Shown piece after piece: positions 30,242 to 40,215 of a stretch of 64,000 bases of DNA (the first letter of the stretch is position 1; each line of letters begins with the position of its first letter). Both the position numbers and the translations under genes were made by a program. The notes under the pieces are model-generated. The model was not told the origin of the DNA, did no database searches, and saw only the letters and a program-made list of their open reading frames with translations. This DNA comes from an uncultured delta proteobacterium (lineage in GTDB: Bacteria > Desulfobacterota > Binatia > UBA9968). Where the stretch lies: positions 1,536,369 to 1,600,368 of the forward strand of contig CAWDMI010000002.1 of assembly GCA_963803415.1 (NCBI GenBank), written 5' to 3'.

Positions 30242-31762
30242 CTAGGAACTAAGAGGAGCGAAAACCTGGTTTAGCTGGGTAATGGACGCGTTCAGCAGAT
30301 CCAACACAGCGTTGGGGTAAACACCAAGGATGATGACAATGACCCCGAGGGGGACCAAAGTAAATAACTCGCGTGCATTAATCTCGGGGAGTGCCTTGTA
30401 TTTGTCGTTGACTGGGCCCAGATAGATCCGCTGGATGGTCCAGAGGAGATAACCGGCCGTCAGAACTACACCGCTGGCTGCTAGAATGGTGAGAATTTGG
30501 TGCTTTTGCCATGCTCCGAGAAGTACGAGCACCTCGGAGATAAAGCCGGATAGTCCCGGAAGGCCCATCGAGGCAAAAAAGGCCAGCACCGTTACCCCTG
30601 TGTAGACGGGCATCACGGCGGCAAGACCACCGAACCCTTCGATATCTCTATGGTGGGCACGGTCATAAATGACTCCCACAAGGAGGAAGAGCATTGCAGT
30701 GATGGTCCCGTGATTAAACATCTGTAGTACGGCACCATTGACCCCTTGGGGAGTGAAGGTCGCCATTCCAAGCATGACGTAACCCATATGACTTACGCTT
30801 GAATACGCAACGAGTTTTTTTAGGTCCTTTTGCGCCATTGCGCAGAGCGCTCCATAGATGATGTTAAAGGTCCCCAACGCGCCGAGAAAGTAATACGCAA
30901 GATCGGCTGTCGCCGCAGGAAGCATGGGGAAGTTAATCCGCAAGATTCCGTAGGTGCCCATCTTCAGGAGGACCCCTGCCAGGATGACCGAGATCGCCGT
31001 GGGCGCCTCGACGTGCGCGTCCGGGAGCCAGGTGTGAAAAGGAAAAGCCGGGATTTTAATGGCAAAACCAATGAAGAGCGCCATCCAAACGGCGTGTTGA
31101 AAGCCCCATCCCAATCGATCAAAAGGCCAGAACGGCAGAACCTGAGTGCTGTACTTGGCGCTTTGGGCGATAAGTTTGGTCATGTCGAAAGTATGCGGTT
31201 CGCTCGAAAAGTATAGGGCCAGTAAGGCGATGAGCATCAGCACGCTGCCGAAAAGCGTGTAAAGGAAGAATTTGATCGCGGCGTACTCTCTACGCGGACC
31301 GCCCCAGATACCGATGAGAAAATACATGGGCAGGAGCATGACCTCCCAAAAGACGTAGAAGAGGAAGAAATCTAAGGCAACGAAGACCCCCATCATGCCG
31401 GTGTCGAGAAGAAGGAAAAGCGCAAAATAACCTTTAACTGCCTTCTCAATACCCCAAGAGGCGAAAATGCAGATAAAACAGAGCAACGCCGTTAAAAGGA
31501 CCATCGAGATGCTTACGCCGTCGACGCCCACGAAGTAGTCAATGTTATAAGCAGGTATCCAAGCATAGTGTTGCTGGAACTGAAAACCCGGATTGCTGCG
31601 ATCAAAGTTAACAAACAGCCACGCTGCGAGCAGAAGAGGCGGGACGGTGAAAAGCGCGGAAACCCAACGGATAGCGTTGGGTTTGCTGCTCGGCAGGAGA
31701 AGAACCACAACCATTCCAGCCAGGGGAAAAAAGGTCATGTAGGTGAGCACATTATCTGCCAT
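30242..31762 (-). CDS. nuoM: NADH-quinone oxidoreductase subunit M (operon 2)
   Basis: 506 aa antiporter-like subunit, clearly paralogous to operon 1 nuoM. Confidence 0.9.
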   Translation of the reverse strand: MADNVLTYMTFFPLAGMVVVLLLPSSKPNAIRWVSALFTVPPLLLAAWLFVNFDRSNPGFQFQQHYAWIPAYNIDYFVGVDGVSISMVLLTALLCFICIFASWGIEKAVKGYFALFLLLDTGMMGVFVALDFFLFYVFWEVMLLPMYFLIGIWGGPRREYAAIKFFLYTLFGSVLMLIALLALYFSSEPHTFDMTKLIAQSAKYSTQVLPFWPFDRLGWGFQHAVWMALFIGFAIKIPAFPFHTWLPDAHVEAPTAISVILAGVLLKMGTYGILRINFPMLPAATADLAYYFLGALGTFNIIYGALCAMAQKDLKKLVAYSSVSHMGYVMLGMATFTPQGVNGAVLQMFNHGTITAMLFLLVGVIYDRAHHRDIEGFGGLAAVMPVYTGVTVLAFFASMGLPGLSGFISEVLVLLGAWQKHQILTILAASGVVLTAGYLLWTIQRIYLGPVNDKYKALPEINARELFTLVPLGVIVIILGVYPNAVLDLLNASITQLNQVFAPLSS

Positions 31763-31784
31763 CTCTAGAAATCTCCTATCTCAG

Positions 31785-33827
31785 TCAGCTCCAGTAGCGC
31801 AATTTGATGATCGCAGCGGCGAGGATCGCGCCGAGAATCACATATAGGTAACTATTGATGTTGCCGGTTTGCACCCTCCTGAATCGATCGCCGGCCGCAA
31901 AAGTCAAGTCTGCAATTGCGTTAACGATCCCGTCGATGATCCAGTTGTCAAACAAGCCATTGATCCACGAAACGATTCTGGTGACCCACGCAGAGCCGTT
32001 TACGATACCATCGATGATATATTGGTCGAACAGAGATCCGATACGCGCCAAAATCAAAGTTCCGTTGACAAAAATCGCCTGATAGATTTCATCGAAATAG
32101 TACTTGCGATCAAACAAACGGTAGAAAAATCCGCCGGCGAGGTTGGCGAAGCGCTCCGCGGAAAGAGTGCCTCGGTAGTATATGAGGTAGGCGATGAACA
32201 GTCCGAAGGCCGCGACAGAGATGGAAACGGCCATCAAACCCAGCTCAAGCGCATGTTGGGGATGCTCCTCGACATGCGCGCCGACCACCGGCTCTAGCCA
32301 GTGGTCAAATTGGCTACCACCGAATACTCCAGGCAGCCCAATATAACCGGCTAGAACTGCACCGATCGCCAACACAACGAGTGGTAAAGTCATGCTCTTG
32401 GGTGACTCATGCAAATGCTCTTGCGTATGGTGATCCGCGCGGCACGTGCCGAAGAACACCATGAAGAACTGGCGAAACATATAGAAAGCTGTCATGCCGG
32501 CGCCCGCGACTCCGAGAAGCCACAGAAGTCGGGAGCCATGGGGGCTGGAGAATGCGAGCCAAAGGATTGCGTCTTTGGAGAAAAATGCGGCGGTAAACGG
32601 GGTGCCCGCGATCGTAAGCACGGAAACGGCAAAAGTCCAAAAAGTGTAGGGCATGTAGTCTTTGAGGCCGCCCATCTTCCGCATGTCCTGTTCGCCGCCC
32701 ATGGCATGGATCACGCTGCCCGAACCAAGGAAGAGACAAGCTTTAAAGAAAGCGTGGGTCATGAGATGGAAAATAGCTGCGGTATAGCCACCCACACCCA
32801 CACCGATGAACATATAACCGAGTTGGCTAACGGTTGAGTAAGCAAGCACCTTTTTAATGTCGTTCTGAGTTAGCGCAATGGTAGCTGCCATTAGAGCCGT
32901 GAACACGCCGATCCAGGCGATAACATGTAGCGTTTCAGGCGCCATAGAAAAGAAAAAGTTGAGGCGTGCCGTCATGTAGACTCCAGCGGTCACCATGGTG
33001 GCCGCGTGGATCAGCGCGCTAACCGGTGTCGGCCCGGCCATGGCGTCGGGCAGCCATACGTGAAGCGGAATTTGCGCCGATTTGCCGGTAGCGCCGACGA
33101 AGAGAAGAAGAGTTGCGAGAGTGACAACACTGATTCCCCAAATCGTTTGGCCTTGAAGGGTTGATGCCCATTTGGCCATCTCTCGGAAGGTCAGTGTTGC
33201 GTGACCCTGCGCGTCGAGAGACCAGAAAAGCAGAAACATGCCCAGGACGAAGCCGAAGTCACCGACGCGGTTGACGATGAAGGCTTTGTTACCGGCGCGA
33301 GTATTATTGGGATCCTGGTACCAAAAGCCGATCAAAGCATATGAGCAGAGACCGACACCTTCCCAACCGACAAACATGAGGAGCAGGCTATCACCCAGGA
33401 CCAGCGTCAGCATGGCGGCAGTAAAAAGATTTAGCAGGGCAAAAAACCGCCAGAACGCTTTGTCGTCATGCATGTAGCCGATCGAGTAGATATGGATCAG
33501 GCCGCCGATACCGGTAACGACCAGAATCATTACGGCTGAAAGAGGATCCACTAGGAACGCCATATCTACTTTGAGCGACCCCAGATTGATCCAGGTGTAG
33601 AGGTTATCGATCAGAAAGCGTTGTTCGGGATTCAGTCCCTTAAGGGTTAAGAACGCCTGCACGGATAAACCGAAAGCGAGCACCACCGGAGCACAGGCAA
33701 GAAGCGCGACGACGCCTTTGCCCATTCGTTTTTGCACCGTCGAGCCCAACAGGCCGTTGATGCCCGCGCCGATTAACGGGAGAAAAACAATCCAGCGTAG
33801 ATAGTCGGTCTGTATCGGGTGATCCAT
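31785..33827 (-). CDS. nuoL: NADH-quinone oxidoreductase subunit L (operon 2)
   Basis: 680 aa with an antiporter-like core and a long C-terminal amphipathic helix region. Confidence 0.9.
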   Translation of the reverse strand: MDHPIQTDYLRWIVFLPLIGAGINGLLGSTVQKRMGKGVVALLACAPVVLAFGLSVQAFLTLKGLNPEQRFLIDNLYTWINLGSLKVDMAFLVDPLSAVMILVVTGIGGLIHIYSIGYMHDDKAFWRFFALLNLFTAAMLTLVLGDSLLLMFVGWEGVGLCSYALIGFWYQDPNNTRAGNKAFIVNRVGDFGFVLGMFLLFWSLDAQGHATLTFREMAKWASTLQGQTIWGISVVTLATLLLFVGATGKSAQIPLHVWLPDAMAGPTPVSALIHAATMVTAGVYMTARLNFFFSMAPETLHVIAWIGVFTALMAATIALTQNDIKKVLAYSTVSQLGYMFIGVGVGGYTAAIFHLMTHAFFKACLFLGSGSVIHAMGGEQDMRKMGGLKDYMPYTFWTFAVSVLTIAGTPFTAAFFSKDAILWLAFSSPHGSRLLWLLGVAGAGMTAFYMFRQFFMVFFGTCRADHHTQEHLHESPKSMTLPLVVLAIGAVLAGYIGLPGVFGGSQFDHWLEPVVGAHVEEHPQHALELGLMAVSISVAAFGLFIAYLIYYRGTLSAERFANLAGGFFYRLFDRKYYFDEIYQAIFVNGTLILARIGSLFDQYIIDGIVNGSAWVTRIVSWINGLFDNWIIDGIVNAIADLTFAAGDRFRRVQTGNINSYLYVILGAILAAAIIKLRYWS

Positions 33828-33847
33828 ACGTTAAAAAAGGCGGTCAA

Positions 33848-34156
33848 TCATTCCTTTAAGGTCTCGGCTGCCTCGACATCGATGGTATGAAAGATCCGGA
33901 AGATCGCGAGCACAATCGCGAGACCGACGGCGGCCTCGGCCGCGGCCAACATGATTACAAAGATCGCGTAGATTTGTCCGTCCACGTTCGCGCTCGTGTA
34001 GTGGGAGAAAGCCACGTAATTGATATTCGCTGAGTTGAGGATCAGTTCGACCCCCATGAGCACGCTGATCGCGTTGCGTCGCGTCAGAACCGTGTATAGG
34101 CCAAGGGAGAAAAGGATGCCACCGATTGTCAAATAGGTTTCTAGGCCGATCGCCAT
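33848..34156 (-). CDS. nuoK: NADH-quinone oxidoreductase subunit K (operon 2)
   Basis: 102 aa, 3 TM. Confidence 0.9.
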   Translation of the reverse strand: MAIGLETYLTIGGILFSLGLYTVLTRRNAISVLMGVELILNSANINYVAFSHYTSANVDGQIYAIFVIMLAAAEAAVGLAIVLAIFRIFHTIDVEAAETLKE

Positions 34157-34168
34157 GGCAAGCTCCCG

Positions 34169-34669
34169 TCAGTCTTTGGTTTCCTTGCGCGAGATCGTGG
34201 CAGCGCCGATAAGGGCTACGAGCAAGACCACTGAAGCGAGCTCAAAGGGTAGAAGATAGCTTTCCAGGAACAGGTCGCCAATGGTGGCGGTTGTTGGCGC
34301 GTATGAGACTTCCTTGGCTTTGAGCCAAGTGGTTTCGCGCACTGTTTGAACGAGAAGAAAAATAAGCACCGCTATCAACGCAAGGGCGGGGATTCGACCC
34401 ACACTGCGATTGGTGATTTCAACGTCTGTGATGCGGTGCGTCAGCATGACGGCGAACAGAATGATGATGAGAATGCCGCCTACATAGATCAGGACTTGAA
34501 CGCCCGCGACAAAGTCCGCCCCCAGAAACACGTAGAGCCCAGCGACACCGGCGAAGGTCCCCAGAAGGGAGAACGCGGAGTAAATGATATTGGTGGAGAA
34601 GGCCACCATAGCCGCCGATAGGATAGTTACAGCGGCGACCACGATAAAGATGATCGTGCTCAGGTCCAT
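34169..34669 (-). CDS. nuoJ: NADH-quinone oxidoreductase subunit J (operon 2)
   Basis: 166 aa, 5 TM. Confidence 0.85.
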   Translation of the reverse strand: MDLSTIIFIVVAAVTILSAAMVAFSTNIIYSAFSLLGTFAGVAGLYVFLGADFVAGVQVLIYVGGILIIILFAVMLTHRITDVEITNRSVGRIPALALIAVLIFLLVQTVRETTWLKAKEVSYAPTTATIGDLFLESYLLPFELASVVLLVALIGAATISRKETKD

Positions 34670-34790
34670 GCTTTCCGCTCGCGATGTGGGATCCGAGAAA
34701 GCCGCAGGCTTTCCGGCTCAATTACAGGAAGATCCCGTTGGGATCAAGAGCAGCGCGGGTCAAAAGGAAGGCCTGCCCTGCTCGAAGTTA

Positions 34791-35357
34791 CTATCCCTCC
34801 TCAGCGCCTGCCCCTCCACTTTTCTCCGGGGTGGCAAATTCATCTAGGTATTTTAGACCGACTTCAACCTTCCCAATCATTTTCGATTCCGTTTCTCCGC
34901 CCTTCTTGGGTTTGTACAACGGAACCGGCTGGGTAACAAAGTGGCGCACCAATCCAGCCGGATTGTAACTGGCCCCTTCGAATTCCTGGGAATGACGGAT
35001 CGACCCAGTCGGACAAGCCTCAGCGCAAAGGCCGCAGTACATGCATTTACAGATATCGATGTCAAAGTGGGTGAATCCCCGCTGCTTGGTTTCCTTATTC
35101 ATCTCGATGCCGATGGTGATGCAGGTAATCGGGCAGACCCTTTCGCAGGCAAGGCAACCTGTGCAGATGTCCATGTCGACTTCGAGAATTCCGCGATAGC
35201 GCAGGGGCAGTGTTTCTTGAACCGGCTTCTCTATCTTGTCCGGGTATTGGATCGTTGAAGGACGGCGCACCAGATGCGAGAAGGTAATGGCCATACCTTC
35301 GAAGATCGTGGTAACCACTTCGACAATGTTCCGTGCATAACTAGTTACGGTGTCCAT
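34791..35357 (-). CDS. nuoI: NADH-quinone oxidoreductase subunit I (2x[4Fe-4S] ferredoxin-like)
   Basis: Two CxxCxxCxxxCP motifs (CTGCLACERVCP; CMYCGLCAEACP). Length 188 aa. Confidence 0.9.
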   Translation of the reverse strand: MDTVTSYARNIVEVVTTIFEGMAITFSHLVRRPSTIQYPDKIEKPVQETLPLRYRGILEVDMDICTGCLACERVCPITCITIGIEMNKETKQRGFTHFDIDICKCMYCGLCAEACPTGSIRHSQEFEGASYNPAGLVRHFVTQPVPLYKPKKGGETESKMIGKVEVGLKYLDEFATPEKSGGAGAEEG

Positions 35358-35362
35358 AGCTT

Positions 35363-36550
35363 TTAAATATGTGGTTTAAAATAGAGCGTCGGTCGTGCTT
35401 TTTGGATCTGGTAATTCACGCGAATGAAAAACCGCGCCAATATCAACAAACCCAAGACGAACATTGCACTACTCAGGAGACGATTTCCCTGTGGCCAGAT
35501 CAACATCCAAATGGCCGTTCCCAATAGGCAGAAAAACGAAAGCGGTACCATGTACTTCCAGCAAAGCGACATAAGCTGGTCAACTCTAACACGGGGTAGG
35601 GTTGCCCTGACCCACATGGCCACAAAAACCCACAGGTAGGCCTTCACAAAGAAGAGGATAAATTGAAGCACGCCCTGTAGAGTCGGATTGTCCGTAAGCG
35701 GTGGAATTTGCCAGCCCCCAAGGAATAAGGTTGTGGCCACAGCACCAATCACGTAAAGGTTGCCCCATTCTGCGAAGAAGAAAAAGAGGAAGCGCATGCC
35801 GCTGTACTCCGTAACGTAACCGGCAACCAGTTCGGATTCGGCTTCGGGAATGTCAAAGGGAGTGCGGTTTCCCTCAGCTAGAGCCGCGGTAAAGTATAGG
35901 AAGAAAGCGGCGAAGGTAAAAGGGTTATAAAATAAGTACCAATCCCACGGAGCCCAGCCTTGATTCTTGATAATCCCTTGCATGCTCAGGGTCCCTGCCA
36001 CAAGCACGATATTGAGAATTGCTAACCCTGCGGGTATCTCGTAACTCACAATCTGTGCCGCCGAACGCATGCCGCCAAGGAGGGACCATTTGTTGTTTGA
36101 CGACCAACCAGCCATGAGAATGCCAACCACGACCAGCGAGGTGACGGCAAGGATGTAAAGAATGCCGATATTGAGGTCGGCGACAATAAGTTGGCTCCCA
36201 AACGGAATTACGACGAAGGTCGCCAGAAAGCCGACAAAGACGACGTAAGGGGCCAGCGAAAAAAGCCACTTGTCGGCGTCGGCAGGGATAATATCTTCCT
36301 TGAGGAGGTTTTTGATTCCATCCGCAAGCCATTGCAGAATGCCCTGAGGCCCAACCCGATTGGGACCGACTCGCGATTGCATCCGAGCCCAGACCCTGCG
36401 CTCCAGCCAGCTCGTGACGCCGGCGAGCGGCGCGACAAAAAAGGACAAGACGGCAAAGGCGGCAAGGAGCATCGCAATAGCGTAGACGGCCTGCCGCGGT
36501 GTCCCGGAAAAGTACCCTTCTTGAATCAACTTATCGATCAGGGCTTGCAT
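35363..36550 (-). CDS. nuoH: NADH-quinone oxidoreductase subunit H (operon 2)
   Basis: 395 aa NuoH/ND1 (PFDIPEAESELVAGYVTEYSG). Confidence 0.9.
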   Translation of the reverse strand: MQALIDKLIQEGYFSGTPRQAVYAIAMLLAAFAVLSFFVAPLAGVTSWLERRVWARMQSRVGPNRVGPQGILQWLADGIKNLLKEDIIPADADKWLFSLAPYVVFVGFLATFVVIPFGSQLIVADLNIGILYILAVTSLVVVGILMAGWSSNNKWSLLGGMRSAAQIVSYEIPAGLAILNIVLVAGTLSMQGIIKNQGWAPWDWYLFYNPFTFAAFFLYFTAALAEGNRTPFDIPEAESELVAGYVTEYSGMRFLFFFFAEWGNLYVIGAVATTLFLGGWQIPPLTDNPTLQGVLQFILFFVKAYLWVFVAMWVRATLPRVRVDQLMSLCWKYMVPLSFFCLLGTAIWMLIWPQGNRLLSSAMFVLGLLILARFFIRVNYQIQKARPTLYFKPHI

Positions 36551-36562
36551 GGTGTGCGTTGA

Positions 36563-37705
36563 TTAGCGGTCGATCTCCGGCGCGTCGACGTCCAGACTGG
36601 CAATTAAGGCGATCAGATCCGCGACCATGAGGCCGCGGCTGATCTTCTCGATCAGACTCATAGCGGTATACGAGCCGGTGCGGATACGAACCCGATAAGG
36701 GTATTCACTCCCATCGCTGACGACGTAGAAACCCATATCTCCGCGTGCGCTTTCAATGCGGACGTAGACCTCGCCGGCAGGCGGTTTGAACCTTCGCGGC
36801 ACTTTGGCGATGGCCGGCCCGTGTGGCAACATCTTTAGACACTGGCGCAGCTGCTTGCAGCTCTCCTGCATTTCAAGCACCCGCACCCAGTAGCGGTCAT
36901 AGCAATCGCCCATCGTTCCTTTTCCGCCGGTGCCCACCGGAACTTCGAACTCCAGCTCGGGATAGATCGAGTAAGGGATGTCTCTGCGAATGTCCCATTT
37001 TAAACCACAGGCACGCAGGTTGGGCCCTACAATATTATACTGAAACGCATCCTCCAATGTGATCACGGCAACGTTCGCTAACCGCTCAATGAAAATTTTA
37101 TTGTAAGACAGCAGTCGATTGTATTCATCGACGATCGGCTCAAAGTGATCGAGAAATTCGGTGATGCGACCGCAGGTTTCTCCGGTGATGTCGTAACCAA
37201 CGCCACCGATGCGAATATAGTTATAGGTCAGCCTTGCGCCGCAAATCGTCTCCATCAGGTCGTTGATGGTTTCCCTCTCCCTTAGAGCGTGAAGAAAGGG
37301 CGTGATGGCGCCGATGTCCTGACCGAAGGTTCCTACGGAAATCAAGTGGCTTGCGATACGGTTGAGTTCGCAGGCGATGACCCGGCAGAACTCGCCCCGG
37401 CGCGTGACCTCGATGTTCGCCAGCTTCTCCGCTGCCATACAGAAGGCCTGGTTAGTGAACATCGCAGCCAGGTAGTCTGCGCGATCGGTATATGGGACGT
37501 AGCCGTGCCAAGTCACCTTCTCGCCGATCTTTTCGATCGAGCGGTGCAAGTATCCGACATCGGGAACGGCTTCGCTCATGACTTCACCGTCGGTTTTAAC
37601 GACGAACCGAAGCACACCGTGGGTACTGGGGTGCTGCGGGCCCATACTGATGGTCATATCTTCAGTATGAAAGATCGGCTCTGTCGTCGGAGTCGTTTTG
37701 CTCAT
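36563..37705 (-). CDS. nuoD: NADH-quinone oxidoreductase subunit D (operon 2)
   Basis: 380 aa ([12 protein letters not shown]...). Confidence 0.9.
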   Translation of the reverse strand: MSKTTPTTEPIFHTEDMTISMGPQHPSTHGVLRFVVKTDGEVMSEAVPDVGYLHRSIEKIGEKVTWHGYVPYTDRADYLAAMFTNQAFCMAAEKLANIEVTRRGEFCRVIACELNRIASHLISVGTFGQDIGAITPFLHALRERETINDLMETICGARLTYNYIRIGGVGYDITGETCGRITEFLDHFEPIVDEYNRLLSYNKIFIERLANVAVITLEDAFQYNIVGPNLRACGLKWDIRRDIPYSIYPELEFEVPVGTGGKGTMGDCYDRYWVRVLEMQESCKQLRQCLKMLPHGPAIAKVPRRFKPPAGEVYVRIESARGDMGFYVVSDGSEYPYRVRIRTGSYTAMSLIEKISRGLMVADLIALIASLDVDAPEIDR

Positions 37706-37711
37706 AATGGT

Positions 37712-38218
37712 TTACCGGAGCAGTTTTTCTACCAAGGGGGCCCTTTCGGTGCTGATCCCGTCGTATTCTTCCTGTTCCACATAATCCTTGCGCAAGGGAT
37801 GACCGACCCAATCTTCCGGGAGCAAGATGCGTCTCAGGTCGCTGTGGCCCTCAAAAATCACGCCGAATAGATCAAAAACCTCCCGTTCAAACCAGTTAGC
37901 TGCCTTCCAAACGCTTTCCATCGTCGAAACGTGCGGGACCTCGCGGGGAAGATTCACCTTGAGGACAGCCTGATGGCGATGGGTATAGGAATAGAGGTGG
38001 TAAACCACTTGAATCCAGTTCTCTTTGGGCAGGTCCAGTGCTGTTAGATCGGAAAGAATCTCGAACCGAAACTCCGGCTCATCGCGAAGGTAGGTACAAA
38101 CCTCCACGATGACTGCAGGGTCAACATAAAAATAGGGTTCTAAGACACTTCCGTTAAATTCACGGACCTTGCCTGGAAACCGGCGCTCAGTCTTTTCGTA
38201 CAGCTCGTTTGCTTCCAT
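37712..38218 (-). CDS. nuoC: NADH-quinone oxidoreductase subunit C (operon 2)
   Basis: 168 aa (VWKAANWFEREVFDLFGVIFEGHSDLRRILL). Confidence 0.9.
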   Translation of the reverse strand: MEANELYEKTERRFPGKVREFNGSVLEPYFYVDPAVIVEVCTYLRDEPEFRFEILSDLTALDLPKENWIQVVYHLYSYTHRHQAVLKVNLPREVPHVSTMESVWKAANWFEREVFDLFGVIFEGHSDLRRILLPEDWVGHPLRKDYVEQEEYDGISTERAPLVEKLLR

Positions 38219-38221
38219 GGG

Positions 38222-38731
38222 TTAAGCCCCGACGGATTCCTCCGTGGCGGGCTTTCTAACCAGCCACCGCTCCCGCATCATTTTTTGCTGAATTTTCAGC
38301 AGGCCTTCGGTAAGAGCTTCAGGACGCGGCGGACATCCAGGAACGTAGACATCCACCGGGACAATCTTATCGACGCCTTTGCATACCGAATATGCCAGTT
38401 GAAAGAGCCCCCCGCAGTTCGAACAGCTTCCCATGGAAATAACGTACTTCGGGTCGGGCATTTGGTCGTAGAGGAGCTTTGTCCGCTTGGCCATCTTATA
38501 CGTCAGGGTACCGGCGACGATCATGAGGTCCGACTGGCGTGGGGTCGCGCGGGGAACACAGCCGAATCGATCCAGGTCGGCGCGTGGGCCGCCGGTCTGC
38601 ATGAGCTCGATTGCGCAGCACGCAAGACCAAACAGCATATACCACTGCGAGGAAGCCCTTCCCCAATTGAGAAGGCTATCCACTTTGGTAGTGAAAACGG
38701 TGTCCGGCAAAGAGTTAAGAAGTGGTTTCAC
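38222..38731 (-). CDS. nuoB: NADH-quinone oxidoreductase subunit B (N2 cluster, PSST)
   Basis: 169 aa with N2-cluster cysteines (GLACCAIE ... GSCSNCGG ... GCPP). This is the only nuoB in the window. Confidence 0.9.
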   Translation of the reverse strand: MKPLLNSLPDTVFTTKVDSLLNWGRASSQWYMLFGLACCAIELMQTGGPRADLDRFGCVPRATPRQSDLMIVAGTLTYKMAKRTKLLYDQMPDPKYVISMGSCSNCGGLFQLAYSVCKGVDKIVPVDVYVPGCPPRPEALTEGLLKIQQKMMRERWLVRKPATEESVGA

Positions 38732-38749
38732 ACATTTTCTCCCGTAAAC

Positions 38750-39136
38750 CTAGGGATTGATTTTTTTGACCCAATCCAAATCGCCCTTTTTCCATGCGTA
38801 GACTAGGCCGATTAGAAGAATTGCCAGAAAAACGAAGATTTCACTAAAAGCAAAAAGTCCCCGACCGTTTTCGATCCAGCGACGAAAAGTTGCGGCAACA
38901 GGAAAAACAAAAGCGATCTCAACTTCAAAGATGATAAAGATCAGTGCGGTGATGTAGAAGCGTATGTTGAAGTTAACCCATGCGCTGCCCGTAGCTGGCT
39001 CGCCGCATTCATAAGAGGAAAGTTTACGCTCCTGAGGGTTCGCCGGGCGAAGGAGGCGGCCGATAAGCAGGTTGACACCCACAAAGGCTGCCCCAAGAAA
39101 CGTAAACACTAAAACGTTAGCAAAATCAAACAACAT
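38750..39136 (-). CDS. nuoA: NADH-quinone oxidoreductase subunit A (operon 2)
   Basis: 128 aa, 3 TM, first gene of operon 2. Confidence 0.85.
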   Translation of the reverse strand: MLFDFANVLVFTFLGAAFVGVNLLIGRLLRPANPQERKLSSYECGEPATGSAWVNFNIRFYITALIFIIFEVEIAFVFPVAATFRRWIENGRGLFAFSEIFVFLAILLIGLVYAWKKGDLDWVKKINP

Positions 39137-39369
39137 ATTTTTTCATCGGCAGTTTTTATATAGGCACAAAAGAACATTAGGGTCAACTAAATGACCCCAT
39201 CTAAGGGAGAGGTTCGTGCAGGTTGGTGCTCATTTTTCTAGCAATCGGGCAGCCGTTCAGAACTCGTATTTTGTCTTTCTATACGCCTTCAGAAAATCTT
39301 GACAATCATGAGGCCATTTGTTTAGCTGGGTCTATAGAACAACCCTAAACGAACTAGGGGGGTAAAGAT

Positions 39370-40215
39370 ATGGCGGAGCCAGCGGCCGAAGAAGTGTTGT
39401 TGGATGTTCGGGTAGCAGAAGCTTCGAAGCTGTACAAGTTTTACCTAAACCAGGAGAAAAAGATTTTGGGGGCGGTAGCGGTGGTGGTATTTTTATCGGT
39501 GTGGGAGTTGATGGGGGGTGTCTTACAGGTGGTCAATCCGATGTTTATGAGCGCGCCGTCGTTGATTGGCAAGGCGGCGGTGCAGTTATTTGAGAGCGGG
39601 GAGATCTGGAATGACTTACGGGTGAGCGGGCTAGAGTTTTTTTGGGGGTATGTGTTATCGGTGATCGTGGCGGTGCCGTTTGGGATCGCGGTAGGGTGGT
39701 ACAAGCGGATGAGTTACATATTTGATCCTTTTATCAACGCGATGAATGCGACCCCGAGGGTGGCGTTATTGCCGTTGGTGATCATCTGGTTAGGGATAGG
39801 GATTATCTCGAAGGTGGGGATTATTTTTTTGGGGGCAGTGTTTCCGATCCTGATCAACACCCGAGACGGGGTCAAGACCACGCCGTACAATTTACTGAAT
39901 GCGGCGCGCAGTTTTGGGGCCTCGCAGTGGCAGGTATTTAGGAGTGTGGTATTACCGTCGACGGTGCCGTTTATATTGACGGGACTGCGGTTAGGAGTAG
40001 GGCGGGCGTTGATCGGGGTGATGGTGGGAGAGTTGTATGCGGCGACGGCGGGGATAGGGTTTATGATCACGGTGGCGGGAGCGACGTTTCAGACCGACAA
40101 GGTGTTTGTTGGGGTGTTGATCTTTGCGACTTCGGGGATGATCGCAATGGAGTTGTTGACCAAGCTGGAAGCGCGCTTCAGCAAGTGGCGCCCCAAAGTC
40201 GGCGCCGCCGAATAG
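39370..40215 (+). CDS. Orphan ABC transporter permease (NitT/TauT/SsuC-type family); no ATPase or binding-protein partner adjacent
   Basis: 6-TM binding-protein-dependent permease with an EAA-like loop (ARSFGASQWQVFRSVVLPSTVPFILTGLRLGVGRALIGVMVGE). Codon usage is sharply different from the neighbours (dominant GGG, GTG, GCG, TTG, TTA, TTT). Confidence 0.8.
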   Translation: MAEPAAEEVLLDVRVAEASKLYKFYLNQEKKILGAVAVVVFLSVWELMGGVLQVVNPMFMSAPSLIGKAAVQLFESGEIWNDLRVSGLEFFWGYVLSVIVAVPFGIAVGWYKRMSYIFDPFINAMNATPRVALLPLVIIWLGIGIISKVGIIFLGAVFPILINTRDGVKTTPYNLLNAARSFGASQWQVFRSVVLPSTVPFILTGLRLGVGRALIGVMVGELYAATAGIGFMITVAGATFQTDKVFVGVLIFATSGMIAMELLTKLEARFSKWRPKVGAAE

